Positions 38,245 to 54,000 are shown, counted from the stretch's first letter. The stretch is 64,000 nt of DNA from Tubiluchus corallicola (GCA_030141605.1 JAQGDQ010000913.1:1-64000); one strand, 5' to 3'. A program made the numbers and translations. The notes: generated by a model not told the origin, from the sequence alone.

Positions 38245-41200
38245 ATCCATTTCATCAAGAATGACCAAGAATGTTCAAACACTCCAATCCAGACATCAAG
38301 GCCAGACATTAGTGTGTGCATTAGATGTTTATTCTGCTAAAAATATATAAATGTAAATAAATAAATTGTTGCATATTTTGTGAAAATGACTTTAAATTAG
38401 TACATTTGCAAAGACTTTAATATAAAATTCCAGCTTAATTTTAGTTAATACAATTATTAATGCTGTGATTACTTAAATAAATTAACTGCCTAATTCACGT
38501 TCAGACTGCGGATTAATGAAAAATATAAATAAGTTAATAAACTGCTTCAATATGAGTACCACACAAATAAATCACATAAAGTAACATTACACAGTAATAA
38601 ACTGCCATTACAATGCAACACATTTCATATACACAGTTAATTCCAGTTGCTAATCAAAACTGCAAAAATTGTTTAATTAAACAAAAGTAACTCACATCCT
38701 TGCCCAAACATTAGAGCACCATTAGAGAACTGTAACAGCAAATTGACAATAAACACCAATTGCAACTGAAAAATGCAGGAAACAATCTAATTAACTCAAT
38801 AAGACACAAGTTCCACGAATTACATGTGACCAGCCACAACATATCATGGCAAAGTGTCTGCAGCATTTCACAAAGCCAGGTGCCTAAAGTCACTAAAATG
38901 AAATCATCTGACAGGTAAGTTAAGGCAACTGCCTGTTGTCTTGAGAGGGCAGCACTGTCCAACACATTACCCCCCCCCCCCACAAAATACTCCAACAAAA
39001 GTAGTTTATCTTAAAACTTATCCAATTTTCCCAATAAACATGTTTTTTTGTATTGGCCTCTTAACAACAGCATTTGACGTTTCAAACTGTACTGCCCAAA
39101 CCAAACCATCAAGCCCAGGTAAAAACCTCACAAACCCTTCCTGCTGATTCCATGGCAGATTGCTATCAACTACCAAAGTCAAGTCACAAACTTCCAGGTT
39201 ATCTGATGCCTTTTTGTATTTCTGATGCTTCTGAAGCAGCGGCAAATACTCCCATAGACAACGCTTCCAAAACAGATCAGATAACTGATCAGATTAGAAA
39301 CTGGACTTGTCTATATCGTCTCCTATACAGATCATGTCCATCAAATAATCCAGGTGGAAGTGTAGCTCCAGATCTCTGCAACAATAAATGGTTTGGCTAA
39401 AGAGGTTCCATGTCTTTGGGATCATTTGATACCACAGTGATAAGACGCCCGTTGATGAAAGCTTCAACATTGCACATCAGTGTGGCCAAACCTTCGTCAT
39501 CCAAGCTTTGTTCCATAGCCACAGAATATAACATTCTCCTGATAAAACCAGTCATTCTCATCCACACCCCATCATGATTTGATGACGCAGGATTACTAAA
39601 TAGCCATTGCACATTTTTCTGGCGCAGCACATCCTCAATTCTGCTTTGATTCCATCCTTTCATAGCTGTCCTCAATTCTTTGTTTGAACCAGCAAAATTG
39701 GTCCCGTTATTAGACCTGATCATTTCAGGTATGCCACGTCTACTTATAAACCTGAATAAAGCATTTATGAAACTGCCCGCCTCTAATGAGTGAAGAACTT
39801 CGATGTGGATGGCTCTAGTCAGCAAACAAAAAAGACGCATCCATACCTCGTCACCAATGGCCGACTTCTCTTAGCCATAGAAAGTCCAAGGCAATCAACT
39901 TCGACTTTCATGAATGGAACTGTTCCAGGAGTGACCCTATCTGTAGCAAGTCAGCCATCTTTTGAGTTAAAGGAGCAGCATCACGATATGCATCTATACA
40001 ACACTCCTCGTATTGAAAGTTTGGCATTCACAATCCGAAGTCACTCTCGAATCTTAGAAAGTACATACTCTCTACCCGAGTGCCATGTTCTTTCATGATA
40101 ATGCTGAATGATAAGTGACACAACATGATCCTTCTTAGGCAGTATCATTGGATGCTTAGCATCATCAGACAATTGTGAATATTTGAGACGACCGCCTACA
40201 CAAATCGCTCCACTCAAAACAATTGGATCCAGTTTATACAACACACTCCTTTGTCCTCCTTTTGTCCACATCAGACTCTGAGTCAAGACCAGCCTTGTCT
40301 TCCAAAAAAAGCTTCAACTGAACGTACTTCACAATACTAAATTCAGCTTGCCTCATTTCACTCACTGTCAAGCGTCCTGATAGTACTGCCAGATCAGATG
40401 TCCTCACTTTGCTGAGCAAAATTCCTTTCAATCAGGATATCCATGCCACACTCTTCATGAGCTGCTTTTCTTCAGCCAAGATAAATTAATGATCTTCAAA
40501 ACTGAAACAAGGTAAATATGGTATAAAGCGGATATGTGTTAGCGAGGTATGAAAATAATCTACAGTAAACAAACTAAGTCTTTTTTACACACAGAGCCCC
40601 AGGCAAAATCATGTAGATGTACAGTTATGATTTGGCCAATATTCCAGTAACAGCAGCGTACTTAGGTCTGTAGCTTACATGCATTTAAGCAGTAATTTGA
40701 CTACTTTAATTTTGTCCAAAACCAGTTTGTCAGAAAAGACTACAAAAACTTCCTTCCATTGCAAGTTAAATCAAAGGCTTTTAAACAGCTGGCTTAAAAA
40801 TAAATTTACCCAAATACTGTATGAAACCAAATCACAGAGAATAAGCTAATACTGTAGTCCAAAATTAGAGGCAAAGACAGGTTATGGCTTTTACAATTTT
40901 TATAAATAACGCCACTATAGATGCATTAGTCATTACAACCACAACTAACAAATTACAATACAATATAAGAATACAACGACAATATATACATAGCTGCTCA
41001 TGTAGTTTTTGCACGACAGGGTTACATGCAAGAGTCCACTGACAGAAAACAGGACTAGTTGATCCAGAAGCTTCTAACTGCTTGCGTACGCGTTGAATGT
41101 ATCATCCATTTCATCAAGAATGACCAAGAATGTTCAAACACTCCAATCCAAACATCAAGCGCAGACATACACTTGTGTGCATTAGATGTTTATTCTGTTA

Positions 41201-41724
41201 AAAATATATAAATGTAAATAAATAAATTGTTGCATATTTTGTGAAAATAATGACTTTAAATTAGTACATTTGCAAAGACTTTAATATAAAATTCCAGCCT
41301 AAATTTAGTTAATACAATTATTAATGTTGTGATTGCTTAAGTAAATTAACTGCCTAATTCCCGTTCACACAGCGGAATAATAAAAAAATGTTTATATGTA
41401 AATTGATAAACTGCCTCAATATGAGTACCTCACAAATAAATTACATCAAGTAACATTACACAGTAATAACCTGCCTTTACAATGCTAGTCAAAACTGAAA
41501 AATTATTTAATTAAATAAAAGTAACTCACATCCTTGCCCAAACATTAGAGCACCATTAGAGAACTGTAACAGCAAATCGATATTAAACACCAATTTCAAC
41601 AGCAGACTGCAGGAAACAATTTAATTAACTCATCAAGACACAAGTTTTGGAAATTACATGTGACCAGCCCCAATATATCAAGTTGGGGTAACTGCCTCAG
41701 AGGGCAGCACTGTGCGGCACAACA
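38245..41724 (-). mobile_element. Internally deleted BEL/Pao LTR retrotransposon remnant
   Basis: Two diverged direct repeats (~38245-38966 and ~41100-41724, LTRs), a minus-strand poly-G PPT at 38970-38981 next to TGT, and integrase-region ORF pieces between them. Confidence 0.8.
39020..40460 (-). pseudogene. BEL/Pao integrase region, frameshifted
   Basis: ICVGGRLKYSQL...KHPMILPKKDH..SLIIQHYHE...HSG; CLLTRAIHIEVLHSLEAGSFINALFRFISRRGIPEMIRSNNGTNF; NVEAFINGRLIT; VVKRPIQK. These are hallmark BEL/Pao motifs. Confidence 0.9.
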
Positions 41725-41844
41725 TCCATACACACATTAAGAACCTAATGGCTGTGATTAATTAAAGGAGACACTGAGACAAGTAGAGTCAATTTAAAAC
41801 CAGATTCAATGTTTTCAACCACTACACATAATAATAAAATTGCC

Positions 41845-42004
<160 letters not shown>

Positions 42005-42767
42005 AAGCATTTTCATGCATATTAATTTAAGTACAATATTGTAACAAAAACATATAAAAAGTTACAGCAATATATACGCATAAATAATTTCTTATTTCTA
42101 CTCTCTTGACCGCTGATATACAATAGCATAAAATTACTAGTAAACTATACGAGATTAAATACTATACATGATGATATGTTAGTAAGCAAAAAAACAGTTT
42201 CCAGACCTTCATTTTTAGAAAATTTTATACTCAGTTTAAAATAATACAACTCAATTAGTACAGTCACTCACAGTATAGTTAAGGGAAACATTTTTATTGA
42301 AAACTTTAAAAATATAAAATGCTAGAAACATGTCACAAACGTTGTAAAGAGCATCTTTAATGTCGCCAACAAACTGAAATACTTACAATGCAAACTGAGG
42401 ACAGCTAAAGATACTTACAAACATTAAGTTATCATAATACAAAGATTTATAAGCGAAAAGATATTTATTAATATTTAACTGAACATAACAAAGCTGGTCT
42501 GAAGTCGAGTTCATACCAGTAGTACACAACAACATAATTTGTCAGAGCCACCTATGTGATATTACCACGTTTGAATACACACACATGCTTGCAAACGCAT
42601 AGGCCCTGGTGAACACACTATCAGAAACAATTCGTATTTATACACATACGTTCATACACTCTCACAGGTTCCAAACACCAATCAATTGTAACAGGTAGAG
42701 GTAACAGGTAGAGGAAATGGTTAAAACTGATGAAACAGAAAATAATAACAAAACTGGAATAAATGAT

Positions 42768-42956
42768 TTAGATCACTTACCTTCTCACAAAGTCAGATGA
42801 CAAAACTAGAATGAATAATTTCTTGGGAGCACTTTCTACAGAGAATGCAGTAATAACACAGTTAGATCACTTACCTTCTCACAAAGTCAGATGACAAAAC
42901 TAGAATGAATAATTTCTTGGGAGCACTTTCTACAGAGAATGCAGTAATAACACAGC
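42768..42956. repeat. Tandem duplication, 94-bp period, each copy carrying a minus-strand AG|GTAAGT donor
   Basis: GATCACTTACCTTCTCAC at 42771 and 42865. Confidence 0.92.
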
Positions 42957-43278
42957 TAGATGTTAGTCTAGTCAATAGACTAGACTATTGCCAACAATGC
43001 CAAGTTAATAGAAGTAAAGCCTAGACAATTTTCAAATATTTTAACAACCTTCTTGAAGTTAAGTGCGGACATTCGTTAATGGTCAAATATATGTAGTTAT
43101 AAAATGTCGCATTTAACTAAAAATAATAGAAAAAAAATTAGTTTAAATTATTATCAAATTCATCTTCATCTATAATGTAAAAGTTTATTAATTTACTTTC
43201 TTATTTAAAGGCAGAGTTTAAAATATTGTAAATACATTGTAAGATTCGCGTAGGACCAGTATGTAATTTAAGCATTAC

Positions 43279-45044
43279 CTGAGCAAATAGTTCGTGTAGT
43301 ATTTGATACAGTCACATGAGCTGCTTCTCCAATGCACTGACAAGTAAAACTTCCATCAGTATTTGTGCATCTGGCAATCATTAGATCACAGTCATGAGTC
43401 GGGTTACTAGCATCACATTCATTCACATCTGCAAAATGTAATTTTTTAAGTTTTGAAAATTGCAAACGGAAGTTCAGCTATTTTAAAATCTGTTTTTATA
43501 CATAACTTACTATTTAAATACTGTAACTGTTTAGCTGTATCTTTAGCTATTAGTTCCTCTTTTGTTCCACTCACATCTACAGTCACACCAATACACTGAC
43601 AAGTGAAATTTCCATCAATATATATATTGTACAGTTAGCAAAAATGGAATGACAGTTGTGTGCAGAATTTGCACTATTTGAGAAAAATTTGAGAATTACG
43701 TAATAATTATTCAGTTTTGAATGTAAGGATGTGTGTGGTGCACTATTTTCCTAGTGTCAATCAAAATGTTTGTCCCAAAAGGGTCTTACAACTTCAATAT
43801 TCCCTAATTTCAAATTTTTTGCCTAAAATTTCTTATTTGAGTAATTCTAAGTAAATTCCTACTTATTTCTGTAATGCAAAAAACAACAAAATATAATTGT
43901 GAAACTGTCATTTTAAAATCAAAACTTAATTTTAATATATATATTATAATGGATGGTGTACACATTAAAATATATTTTAAAATATTACCCAAAAACTTAG
44001 AGATCGCTTTGGTCTACGTTTGAGTTTTCAAGACGAAAAAAATTTTACGCACATCTTTTTTCGTTTGTGAGTGATAATACCTTGTATCTTTGGGCTAGGT
44101 CCTTTAAGATGATAGACTAAATAAAAACGCTACAGTTTGCAAACATTTACTAAATTTTCCTTAACCGAACCGATCTGCATATTTGATCGGAATTTAGCTG
44201 ACCTATCCGGTTATAATTCAAATCCGGAAGTCAATTTGAGGAAATATTCGATGATATCCGGTATTCGCTATCAGGTAGTAGTGTACCCAGAACAACGATA
44301 GTAATAATGTACATACATTGTTATTTATTATGTACATGCAAAATAATTGTAGATATCGTAATGTCGCAAAATTATTTTCTGCTCAAAACAACGACATCTG
44401 AAAGGTGAACAAACTTATCGATTTTAAGAAGCCAAAGCCCTGCAAAAAAATTTGTATATAAATACACATCGATCATGAATAATGCGCGAACATCCTACAT
44501 AGTGTTCGTTTATTTACCTAACGCAAAGCCGGCTGCAGCTTTTACTAAATTAAAGTGCCAAAGTTATAGGCAAAGTACAATGGAATGACATCAGAACAAT
44601 GCAAAACGTCAGCAGTTTTCTAATCGAGATCGCCAAAAATGAAATCTCCAATCAACTCGCCGCAGCTCCTCTTGGAGGAGGTGTTCTGAGTTGTGACTCA
44701 CATCATTGCCTAGTTCCATTCATTATCTTCTCAAAGAGCTTCCCAACATTTTTTCTACAGGCTGTTTGGTAAAAATTTCGAAGAAATGCAGAGTCAGGTA
44801 CGCCTGTTGCAGAAAACCGCGACCCTTCCATGAATTCTAAACATCCCTACTACACCCACCGTTGTACTGACTGCCCGACCATTATAAGCACCACACGCGC
44901 CCCGTTCCCGTCTATAGAAATGAAAGGTATAAGCTTTGCAAAAATGCAAAAGTCTTTCAAAAATAGTGTCGTCGTCAGAGCTGTAGAATCGAATCTTATA
45001 TATATATATAAGTCGCTCTGATGGCAACACCATTTTTGACGACA

Positions 45045-45099
<55 letters not shown>

Positions 45100-48000
45100 A
45101 TATCACATATCAGTTGTGATGCATCTTAAACGGTTAAGTTGAAGCTCTTATTTTTTACCTGAGCAAAGTGTTCCTGAAGCATTTGGTCCACTCACATCAA
45201 TGGTTCCTTCAATACATTGACATGTAAAACCTCCATCAGTATTTGTGCAGTTGGCAAGGATTGGATCACAGTTATGAATTGGATTATTTGCATCACATTC
45301 ATTAGCATCTGCAAGGAAATATTTTCAGTGTATATGATCAATTATAAGATACTAATTAGCTATGCTAAAGCTAACTGTGTAGGTTTAGTTTTTACCTGAG
45401 CAAATAGTTCCTGTACCATTTGGTCCACTCACATCAATTGTTCCATCAATACACTGACATGTAAAACTTCCATCAGTATTTGAGCAGTTAGCAAGGACTG
45501 GATCACAGTCATGGGTAGGACTGGCGGCATCACATTCATTTATATCTGAATTAAACAAAACCGCAATGTTCAACAGTCATGTCTACAATTAGCAGCATAA
45601 CATTAATGCATGTCTGAGTTAAACAAAATGATAATGTTTAATATTGATTATAATTACTGCATATTTTATTTTTACACATAAAAATACCCCAATTTCACTT
45701 ACTTATGAAGTTTGATCATTTCAATAACATTTCTTTACAGTGTGCAATTATCAAGATTTACTATTATCACTTTTGTCTCTTTATATAACATTTTAGGTAA
45801 TTTTAACCTTTACCCACGTTTTTTGGTTGATTATCATTGTATTCGTAAGCCCATAGACGATAAAGGAAGGGCTTAGTTTACTTAGGCATAATTTTTTTGC
45901 GCATATTAATACTTGTTTATAGGATACATTACGAGGTCCAGTTTATTCATGTATTAAGTGTACATTTGAGCATTGTATTGTGAAAGAAAGCAGCAGTGTT
46001 CATTATTTACCTGAACAACTGGTTCCTTGGCCATTTGCTCCACTCACATCAATGGTTCCTTCAATACATTGACATGTGAAACTTCCAACAGTATTTGTGC
46101 AGTTGGCAAGGCTTAGATCACAGTTATGAATTGGATTATTTGCATCACATTCATTAGAATCTGCAAGGAAATACTTTCAGTGTATATGAACAATTATAAG
46201 ATACTAATTAGCTATGTTAAAGCTAACTGTGTAGGTTTAGTTTTTACCTGAGCAAATAATTCCTGTGCCATTTGGTCCACTCAAATCACTTGTTCCGTCA
46301 ATACACAGGCATGTAAAACTTCCATCAGTATTTGAGCAGTTAGCAAGGACAGGATCACAGTCGTGGGTAGGACTGGCGGCATCACATTCATTTATATCTG
46401 AATTAAACAAAAAAACAATGTTCAACAGTCACGTGTACAATTAGCAGCATAACATTAACGTTAAACAAAATGGTAATGTTTAATATTGATTATAGTTACT
46501 GCATATTTTCTTTTTACACATAGAATTACCCTAAATTCACATACTTATGAAGTTTGGTCTGGTAATCAATGTCTCTGTACAGTATGCATCTAGCAAGATT
46601 TATCATAAGCACTTTTGTGTCTTTGCATAACGTTTCAGTAATTCTAACCTTTACAGTGTTTTTGATTCATTATCATTGTATTCACATGCTCACAGACGAC
46701 AAGAGAAGCGGTTACTTCACTTAGGCATATTTTCTGTGCTCATGTTAATACTTGTTTATAGAATACATTACATGGTTCTGTTTATTCATGTACTGAAAAC
46801 ACGTTTGACATTTGTATTTTGAATGAACGCAGCAGTCTGATCCAGTTATCAACCAAAACATGAATTGATTTTTTACTGCTTCATCTTTTGACAGGTAGTA
46901 TTGAATCATAGTATGTAACCATGAGTATGCATTTATCAAGGTTTTCTATGTTCACATTTGTGTCTTTGCATCAAATTTCAGGTAATTCGTTAATGTTTTT
47001 TGTTAACCATCAGCTCTGTCCTGACAGTAAACATGTAAAAGATCAGATTTATTCATATATTTTATATATCTTTGACATTTTTGTTAAGAATGGTAATAAA
47101 ATTGCTTATTTTTACCTGAGCAAATAGTTCCTGTAGCATTTGATCCACTCACGTCAATTGTTCCATCAATACACTGACATGTAAAACTTCCATCAGTATT
47201 TGAGCAGTTAGCAAGGAGAGGATCACAGTCGTGGGTAGGACTGGCGGCATCGCATTCATTTATATCTGAATTAAACAAAACCGCAATGTTCAACAGTCAT
47301 GTCTACAATTAGCAGCATAACATTAACGTATGTCTGAGTTAAACAAAATGACAATGTTTAATATTGATTATAATTACTGCATATTTTCTTTTTACACATA
47401 GAAATACCCTAAATTCACATACTTCTGAAGTTTGGTCTGGTAATCAATGTCTCTGTACAGTATGCATTTAGCAAGATTTATCATAAGCACTTTTGTGTCT
47501 TTGCATAACGTTTCAGTAATTCTAACCTTTACAGTGTTTTTGATTCATTATCATTGTATTCACATGCTCACAGACGAGAAGAGAAGCGGTTACTTCACTT
47601 AGGCATATTTTCTGTGCACATGTTAATACTTGTTTATAGAATACATTACATGGTTCTGTTTATTCATGTACTGAAAACACGTTTGACATTTGTATTTTGA
47701 ATGAACGCAGCAGTCTGATCCAGTTATCAACCAAAGCATGAATTGATTTTTTACTGCTTCATCTTTTGACAGGTAGTATTGAATCATAGTATATAATCAT
47801 GAGTATGCATTTATAAAGGTTTTCTATGATCACATTTGTGTCTTTGCATGAAATTTCAGGTAATTCGTTAATGTTTTAAGTTAACCATCAGCTCTGTCCT
47901 GACAGTAAACATGTAAAAGATCAGATTTATTCATGTATTTTATATATCTTTGACATTTTTGTTAGGAATGGTAATAAAATTGCTTATTTTTACCTGAGCA

Positions 48001-51000
48001 AATAGTTCCAGTCGCATTTGATCCACTCACGTCTATTGTTCCATCAATACACTGACATGTAAAACTTCCATCAGTATTTGAGCAGTTAGCAAGGACAGGA
48101 TCACAGTCGTGGGTAGGACTGGCGGCATCACATTCATTTATATCTGAATTGAACAAAACCGCAATGTTCAACAGTCATGTCTACAATTAGCAGCATAACA
48201 TTAACGTATGTCTGAGTTAAACAAAATGATAATGTTTAATATTGATTATAATTACTGCATATTTTCCTTTTACACATAGAAATACCCCAATTTCACTTAC
48301 TTATGAAGTTTGATCCTTTCAATAATATTTCTTTACAGTGTGCAATTATCAAGATTTACTATTATCACTTTTGTCTCTTTACATAACATTTTAGGTAATT
48401 TTAACCTTTACTCACGTTTTTTTATTATCATTGTATTCGTAAGCCCATAGACGATAAAGGAAGCGGTTAGTTCACTTGGGCATAATTTTTGTGCGCATGT
48501 TAATACTTGTTTATGGAATACATTACGAGGTCCAGTTTATTCATGTATTAACTGTACATTTGACCATTGTATTGTGAAAGAAAGCAGCAGTGTTCATTAT
48601 TTACCTGAACAACTGGTTCCTTGGCCATTTGCTCCACTCACATCAATGGTTCCTTCAATACATTGACATGTGAAACTTCCATCAGCATTTGTGCAGTTGG
48701 CAAGGCTTAGATCACAGTTATGAATTGGATTATTTGTATCACATTCATTAGCATCTGCAAGGAAATATTTTCAGTGTATATGATCAATTATAAGATACTA
48801 ATTAGCTATGTTAAAGCTAACTGTTTAGGTTTAGTTCTTACCTGAGCAAATAGTTCCTGTACCATTTGGTCCACTCACAGCTAATCTTCCTTCAGGACAC
48901 TGACAAGTGAAACTTCCGTCAGTATTAGTGCAGTCAGCAAAGATTGGATCACAGTCATGAATGGGATTATTTGCATCACATTCATCAACATCTGTAAAAA
49001 ACAGTATTCATTTATCTCGAATTACAAGTCTTTAATTTTCAACAGAAGCTTAAACTTTTAAAATTAGCTGCATTTTTACCTGAGCAAATAGTCCCTGTAG
49101 CATTTGGTCCACTCATGTCAATTGTTCCATCAATACACTGACAAGAAAAACTTCCATCAGTGTTTGTGCAATTTGCAAGCTGAGGGTCACAGTCATGTGT
49201 TGGATTAGCAGCATCGCATTCATTTATATCTAAATTGAACAAAATAAATCTCAACATTCATTACAACTGCAGCATCCATTGCTTTCGTAACAAAATAGCT
49301 ACAGTTATCACATGTTTACAAAATTTGTTGCTCGTATGTCAATCAAAATTTGGCAGAGTTTATTAAAAATGCTGAAAGCTCTATAAACTTGTAAAATTAT
49401 TATTATTATGTTATCAACCAAAATTTCGACGAGGTTATTTAAAGGGAAATTTTTGCAGGGCTATAGCTAGTGGTATAAATGGTATAAAATGTGAATGAGC
49501 TACAACTAGATGCTGTAAAATACATTATTTTGTGACTGAACACCTTTTAAAAAGCTTGTTAAGTTTACCTTTGATCATCTGTAATCTTATAATTAACCTG
49601 CAGAGTGACGGAGCTCTTAAATGCTTTAATGTTTGACCTAGAACATAAATAACTGAAATATGGGCCTAGTTTTTCTCTACACATGTCCACATATTTCAAT
49701 AATAAACTTCTTTAGAACTTCTCTTATACATACGTTGCATCATCCAACTATGTAGGTACCAGAATTGTATACAGGTTTTAATTGATACTGCCAAATTAAA
49801 GCATTTATTTTTTACCTGAACAACTGGTTCCTTGGTCATTTGCTCCACTCACATCAATGGTTCCTTCAATACATTGACATGTGAAACTTCCATCAGTATT
49901 TGTGCAGTTGGCAAGGCTTAGATCACAGTTATGAATTGGATTACATGCATCAAATTCATTAGCATCTGCAAGGAAATATTTTCAGTGTATATGATCAATT
50001 ATAAGACACTAGTTAGCTATGCTAAAGCTAACTGTGTAGGTTTAGTTTTTACCTGAGCAAATAGTTCCTGTACCATTTGGTCCACTCGCATCAATTGTTC
50101 CATCAATACACTGACATGTAAAACTTCCATCAGTATTTGAGCAGTTAGCAAGGACAGGATCACAGTCGTGGGTAGGACTGGCGGCATCACATTCATTTAT
50201 ATCTGAATTAAACAAAACCGCAATGTTCAACAGTCATGTGTACAATTAGCAGCATAACATTAACGCATGTCTGAGTTAAACAAAATGATAATGTTTAATA
50301 TTGATTATAATTACTGCATATTTTCTTTTTACACATAAAAATACCCCAATTTCACTTACTTATGAAGTTTGATCCTTTCAATAGCATTTCTTTACAGTGT
50401 GCAATTATCAAGATTTACTATTATCACTTTTGTCTCTTTACATAACATTTTAGGTAATTTTAACCTTTACCCACGTTTTTTGGTTGATTATCATTGTATT
50501 CGTAAGCCCATAGACGACAAAGGAAGCGCTTAGTTCACTTAGGCATAATTTTTGTGCGCATATTAATACTTGTTTATAGAATACATTACGAGGTCCAGTT
50601 TATTCATGTATTGAGTATACATTTGACCATTGTATTGTGAAAGAAAGCAGCACTGTTCATTATTTACCTGAACAACTGGTTCCTTGACCATTTGCTCCAC
50701 TTACATCAATGGTTCCTTCAATACATTGACATGTGAAACTTCCATCAGTATTTGTGCAGTTGGCAAGGCTTAGATCACAGTTATGAATTGGATTATTTGC
50801 ATCACATTCATTAGCATCTGCAAGGAAATATTTTCAGTGTATATGATCAATTATAAGATACTAATTAGCTATGTTAAAGCTAACTGTGTAGGTTTAGTTT
50901 TTACCTGAGCAAATAGTTCCTGTACCATTTGGTCCACTCACAGCTAATCTTCCTTCAGGACACTGACAAGTGAAACTTCCGTCAGTATTAGTGCAGTCAG

Positions 51001-54000
51001 CAAAGATTGGATCACAGTCATGAATGGGATTATTTGCATCACATTCATCAACATCTGTAAAAAACAGTATTCAGTCACCTCGAATTATAAGTCTTTAATT
51101 TTCAACAGAAGCTTAAACTTTTAAAATTAGCTGCATTTTTACCTGAGCAAATAGTCCCTGTGCCATTTGGTCCACTCAAATCACTTGTTCCGTCAATACA
51201 CAGGCATGTAAAACTTCCATCAGTATTTGAGCAGTTAGCAAGGACAGGATCACAGTCGTGGGTAGGACTGACGGCATCACATTCATTTATATCTGAATTA
51301 AACAAAACCACAATGTTCAACAGTCACGTGTACAATTAGCAGCATAACATTAACGTTAAACAAAATGGTAATGTCTAATATTGATTATAGTTACTGCATA
51401 TTTTCTTTTTACACATAGAAATACCCTAAATTCACATACTTATGAAGTTTGGTCTGGTAATCAATGTCACTGTACAGTATGCATTTAGCAAGATTTATCA
51501 TAAGCACTTTTGTGTCTTTGCATAACGTTTCAGTAATTCTAACCTTTACAGTGTTTTTGATTCATTATCATTGTATTCACATGCTCACAGACGACAAGAG
51601 AAGCGGTTACTTCACTTAGGCATATTTTCTGTGCACATGTTAATACTTGTTTATAGAATACATTACATGGTTCTGTTTATTCATGTACTGAAAACACGTT
51701 TGACATTTGTATTTTGAATGAACGCAGCAGTCTGATCCAGTTATCAACCAAAGCATGAATTGATTTTTTACTGCTTCATCTTTTGACAGGTAGTATTGAA
51801 TTATAGTATGTAACCATGAGTATGCATTTATAAAGGTTTTCTATGATCACATTTGTGTCTTTGCATGAAATTTCAGGTAATTCGTTAATGTTTTAAGTTA
51901 ACCATCAGCTCTGTCCTGACAGTAAACATGTAAAAGATCAGATTTATTTATGTATTTTATATATCTTTGACATTTTTGTTAGGAATGGTAATAAAATTGC
52001 TTATTTTTACCTGAGCAAATAGTTCCAGTCGCATTTGATCCACTCACGTCTATTGTTCCATCAATACACTGACATGTAAAACTTCCATCAGTATTTGAGC
52101 AGTTAGCAAGGACAGGATCACAGTCGTGGGTAGGACTGGCGGCATCACATTCATTTATATCTGAATTGAACAAAACCGCAATGTTCAACAGTCATGTGTA
52201 CAATTAGCAGCATAACATTAACGTATGTCTGAGTTAAACAAAATGATAATGTTTAATATTGATTATAATTAATGCATATTTTCTTTTTACACATAAAAAT
52301 ACCCCAATTTCACTCACTTATGAAGTTTGATCCTTTCAATAGCATTTCTTTACAGTGTGCAATTATCAAGATTTACTATTATCACTTTTGTCTCTTTACA
52401 TAACATTTTAGGTAATTTTAACCTTTACCCACGTTTTTTGGAAGATTATCATTGTATTCGTAAGCCCATAGACGATAAAGGAAGCGCCTAGTTCACCTAG
52501 GCATAATTTTTGTGCGCATATTAATACTTGTTTATAGAATACATTACGAGGTCCAGTTTATTCATGTATTGAGTATACATTTGACCATTGTATTGTGAAA
52601 GAAAGCAGCACTGTTCATTATTTACCTGAACAACTGGTTCCTTGGCCATTTGCTCCACTCACATCAATGGTTCCTTCAATACATTGACATGTGAAACTTC
52701 CATCAGCATTTGTGCAGTTGGCAAGGCTTAGATCACAGTTATGAATTGGATTATTTGCATCACATTCATTAGCATCTGCAAGGAAATATTTTCAGTGTAT
52801 ATGATCAATTATAAGATACTAATTAGCTATGTTAGAGCTAAATGTGTAGGTTTAGTTTTTACCTGAGCAAATAATTCCTGTACCATTTGGTCCACTCACA
52901 TCAATTGTTCCATCAATACACTGACATGTAAAACTTCCATCAGCATTTGAGCAGTTAGCAAGGACAGGATCACAGTCGTGGGTAGGACTGGCGGCATCAC
53001 ATTCATTTATATCTGAATTAAACAGAACCGCAATGTTCAACAGTCATGTGTACAAGTAGCAGCATAACATTAACGTAAAACAAAATGGTAATGTTTCATA
53101 TTGATTATAGTTACTGCATATTTTCTTTTTACACATAGAATTACCCTAAATTCACATACTTATGAAGTTTGGTCTGGTAATCAATGCCTCTGTACAGTAT
53201 GCATTTAGCAAGATTTATAATAAGCACTTTTGTTTCTTTGCATAACGTTTCAGTAATTCTAACCTTTACTGTGTTTTTTGATTAATTATCATTGTATTCA
53301 CATGCTCACAGACGACAAGAGAAGCGGTTACTTCACTTAGGCATATTTTCTGTGCACATGTTTATACTTGTTTATAGAATACATTACATGGTTCTGTTTA
53401 TTCATGTACTGAAAACACGTTTGACATTTGTATTTTGAATGAACACAGCAGTCTGATCCAGTTATCAACCAAAGCATGAATTGATTTTTTACTGCTTCAT
53501 CTTTTGACAGGTAGTATTGAATCATAGTGTATAATCATGAGTATGCATTTATCAAGGTTTTCTATGATCACATTTGTGTCTTTGCATGAAATTTCAGGTA
53601 ATTCGTTAATGTTTTTTGTTATCCATCAGCTCTGACCTGACAGTAAACGTGTAAAAGATCAGATTTATTCATGTATTTTATACATCTTTGACATTTTTGT
53701 TAAGAATGGTAATAAAATTGCTTATTTTACCTGAGCAAATAGTTCCTGTAGCATTTGATCCACTGACGTCAATTGTTCCATCAATACACAGACATGTAAA
53801 ACTTCCATCAGTATTTGAGCAGTTAGCAAGGACAGGATCACAGTCGTGGGTAGGACTGGCGGCATCACATTCATTTATATCTGAATTAAACAAAACCGCA
53901 ATGTTGAACAGTCATGTGTACAATTAGCAGCATAACATTAACGTTAAACGAAATGGTAATGTTTAATATTGATTATAGTTGATTATCAAGATTTACTATT

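Noticed and set aside
42964-42987. 10-bp hairpin TAGTCTAGTC-AATA-GACTAGACTA
   Set aside because: Short and low-complexity; no supporting context.
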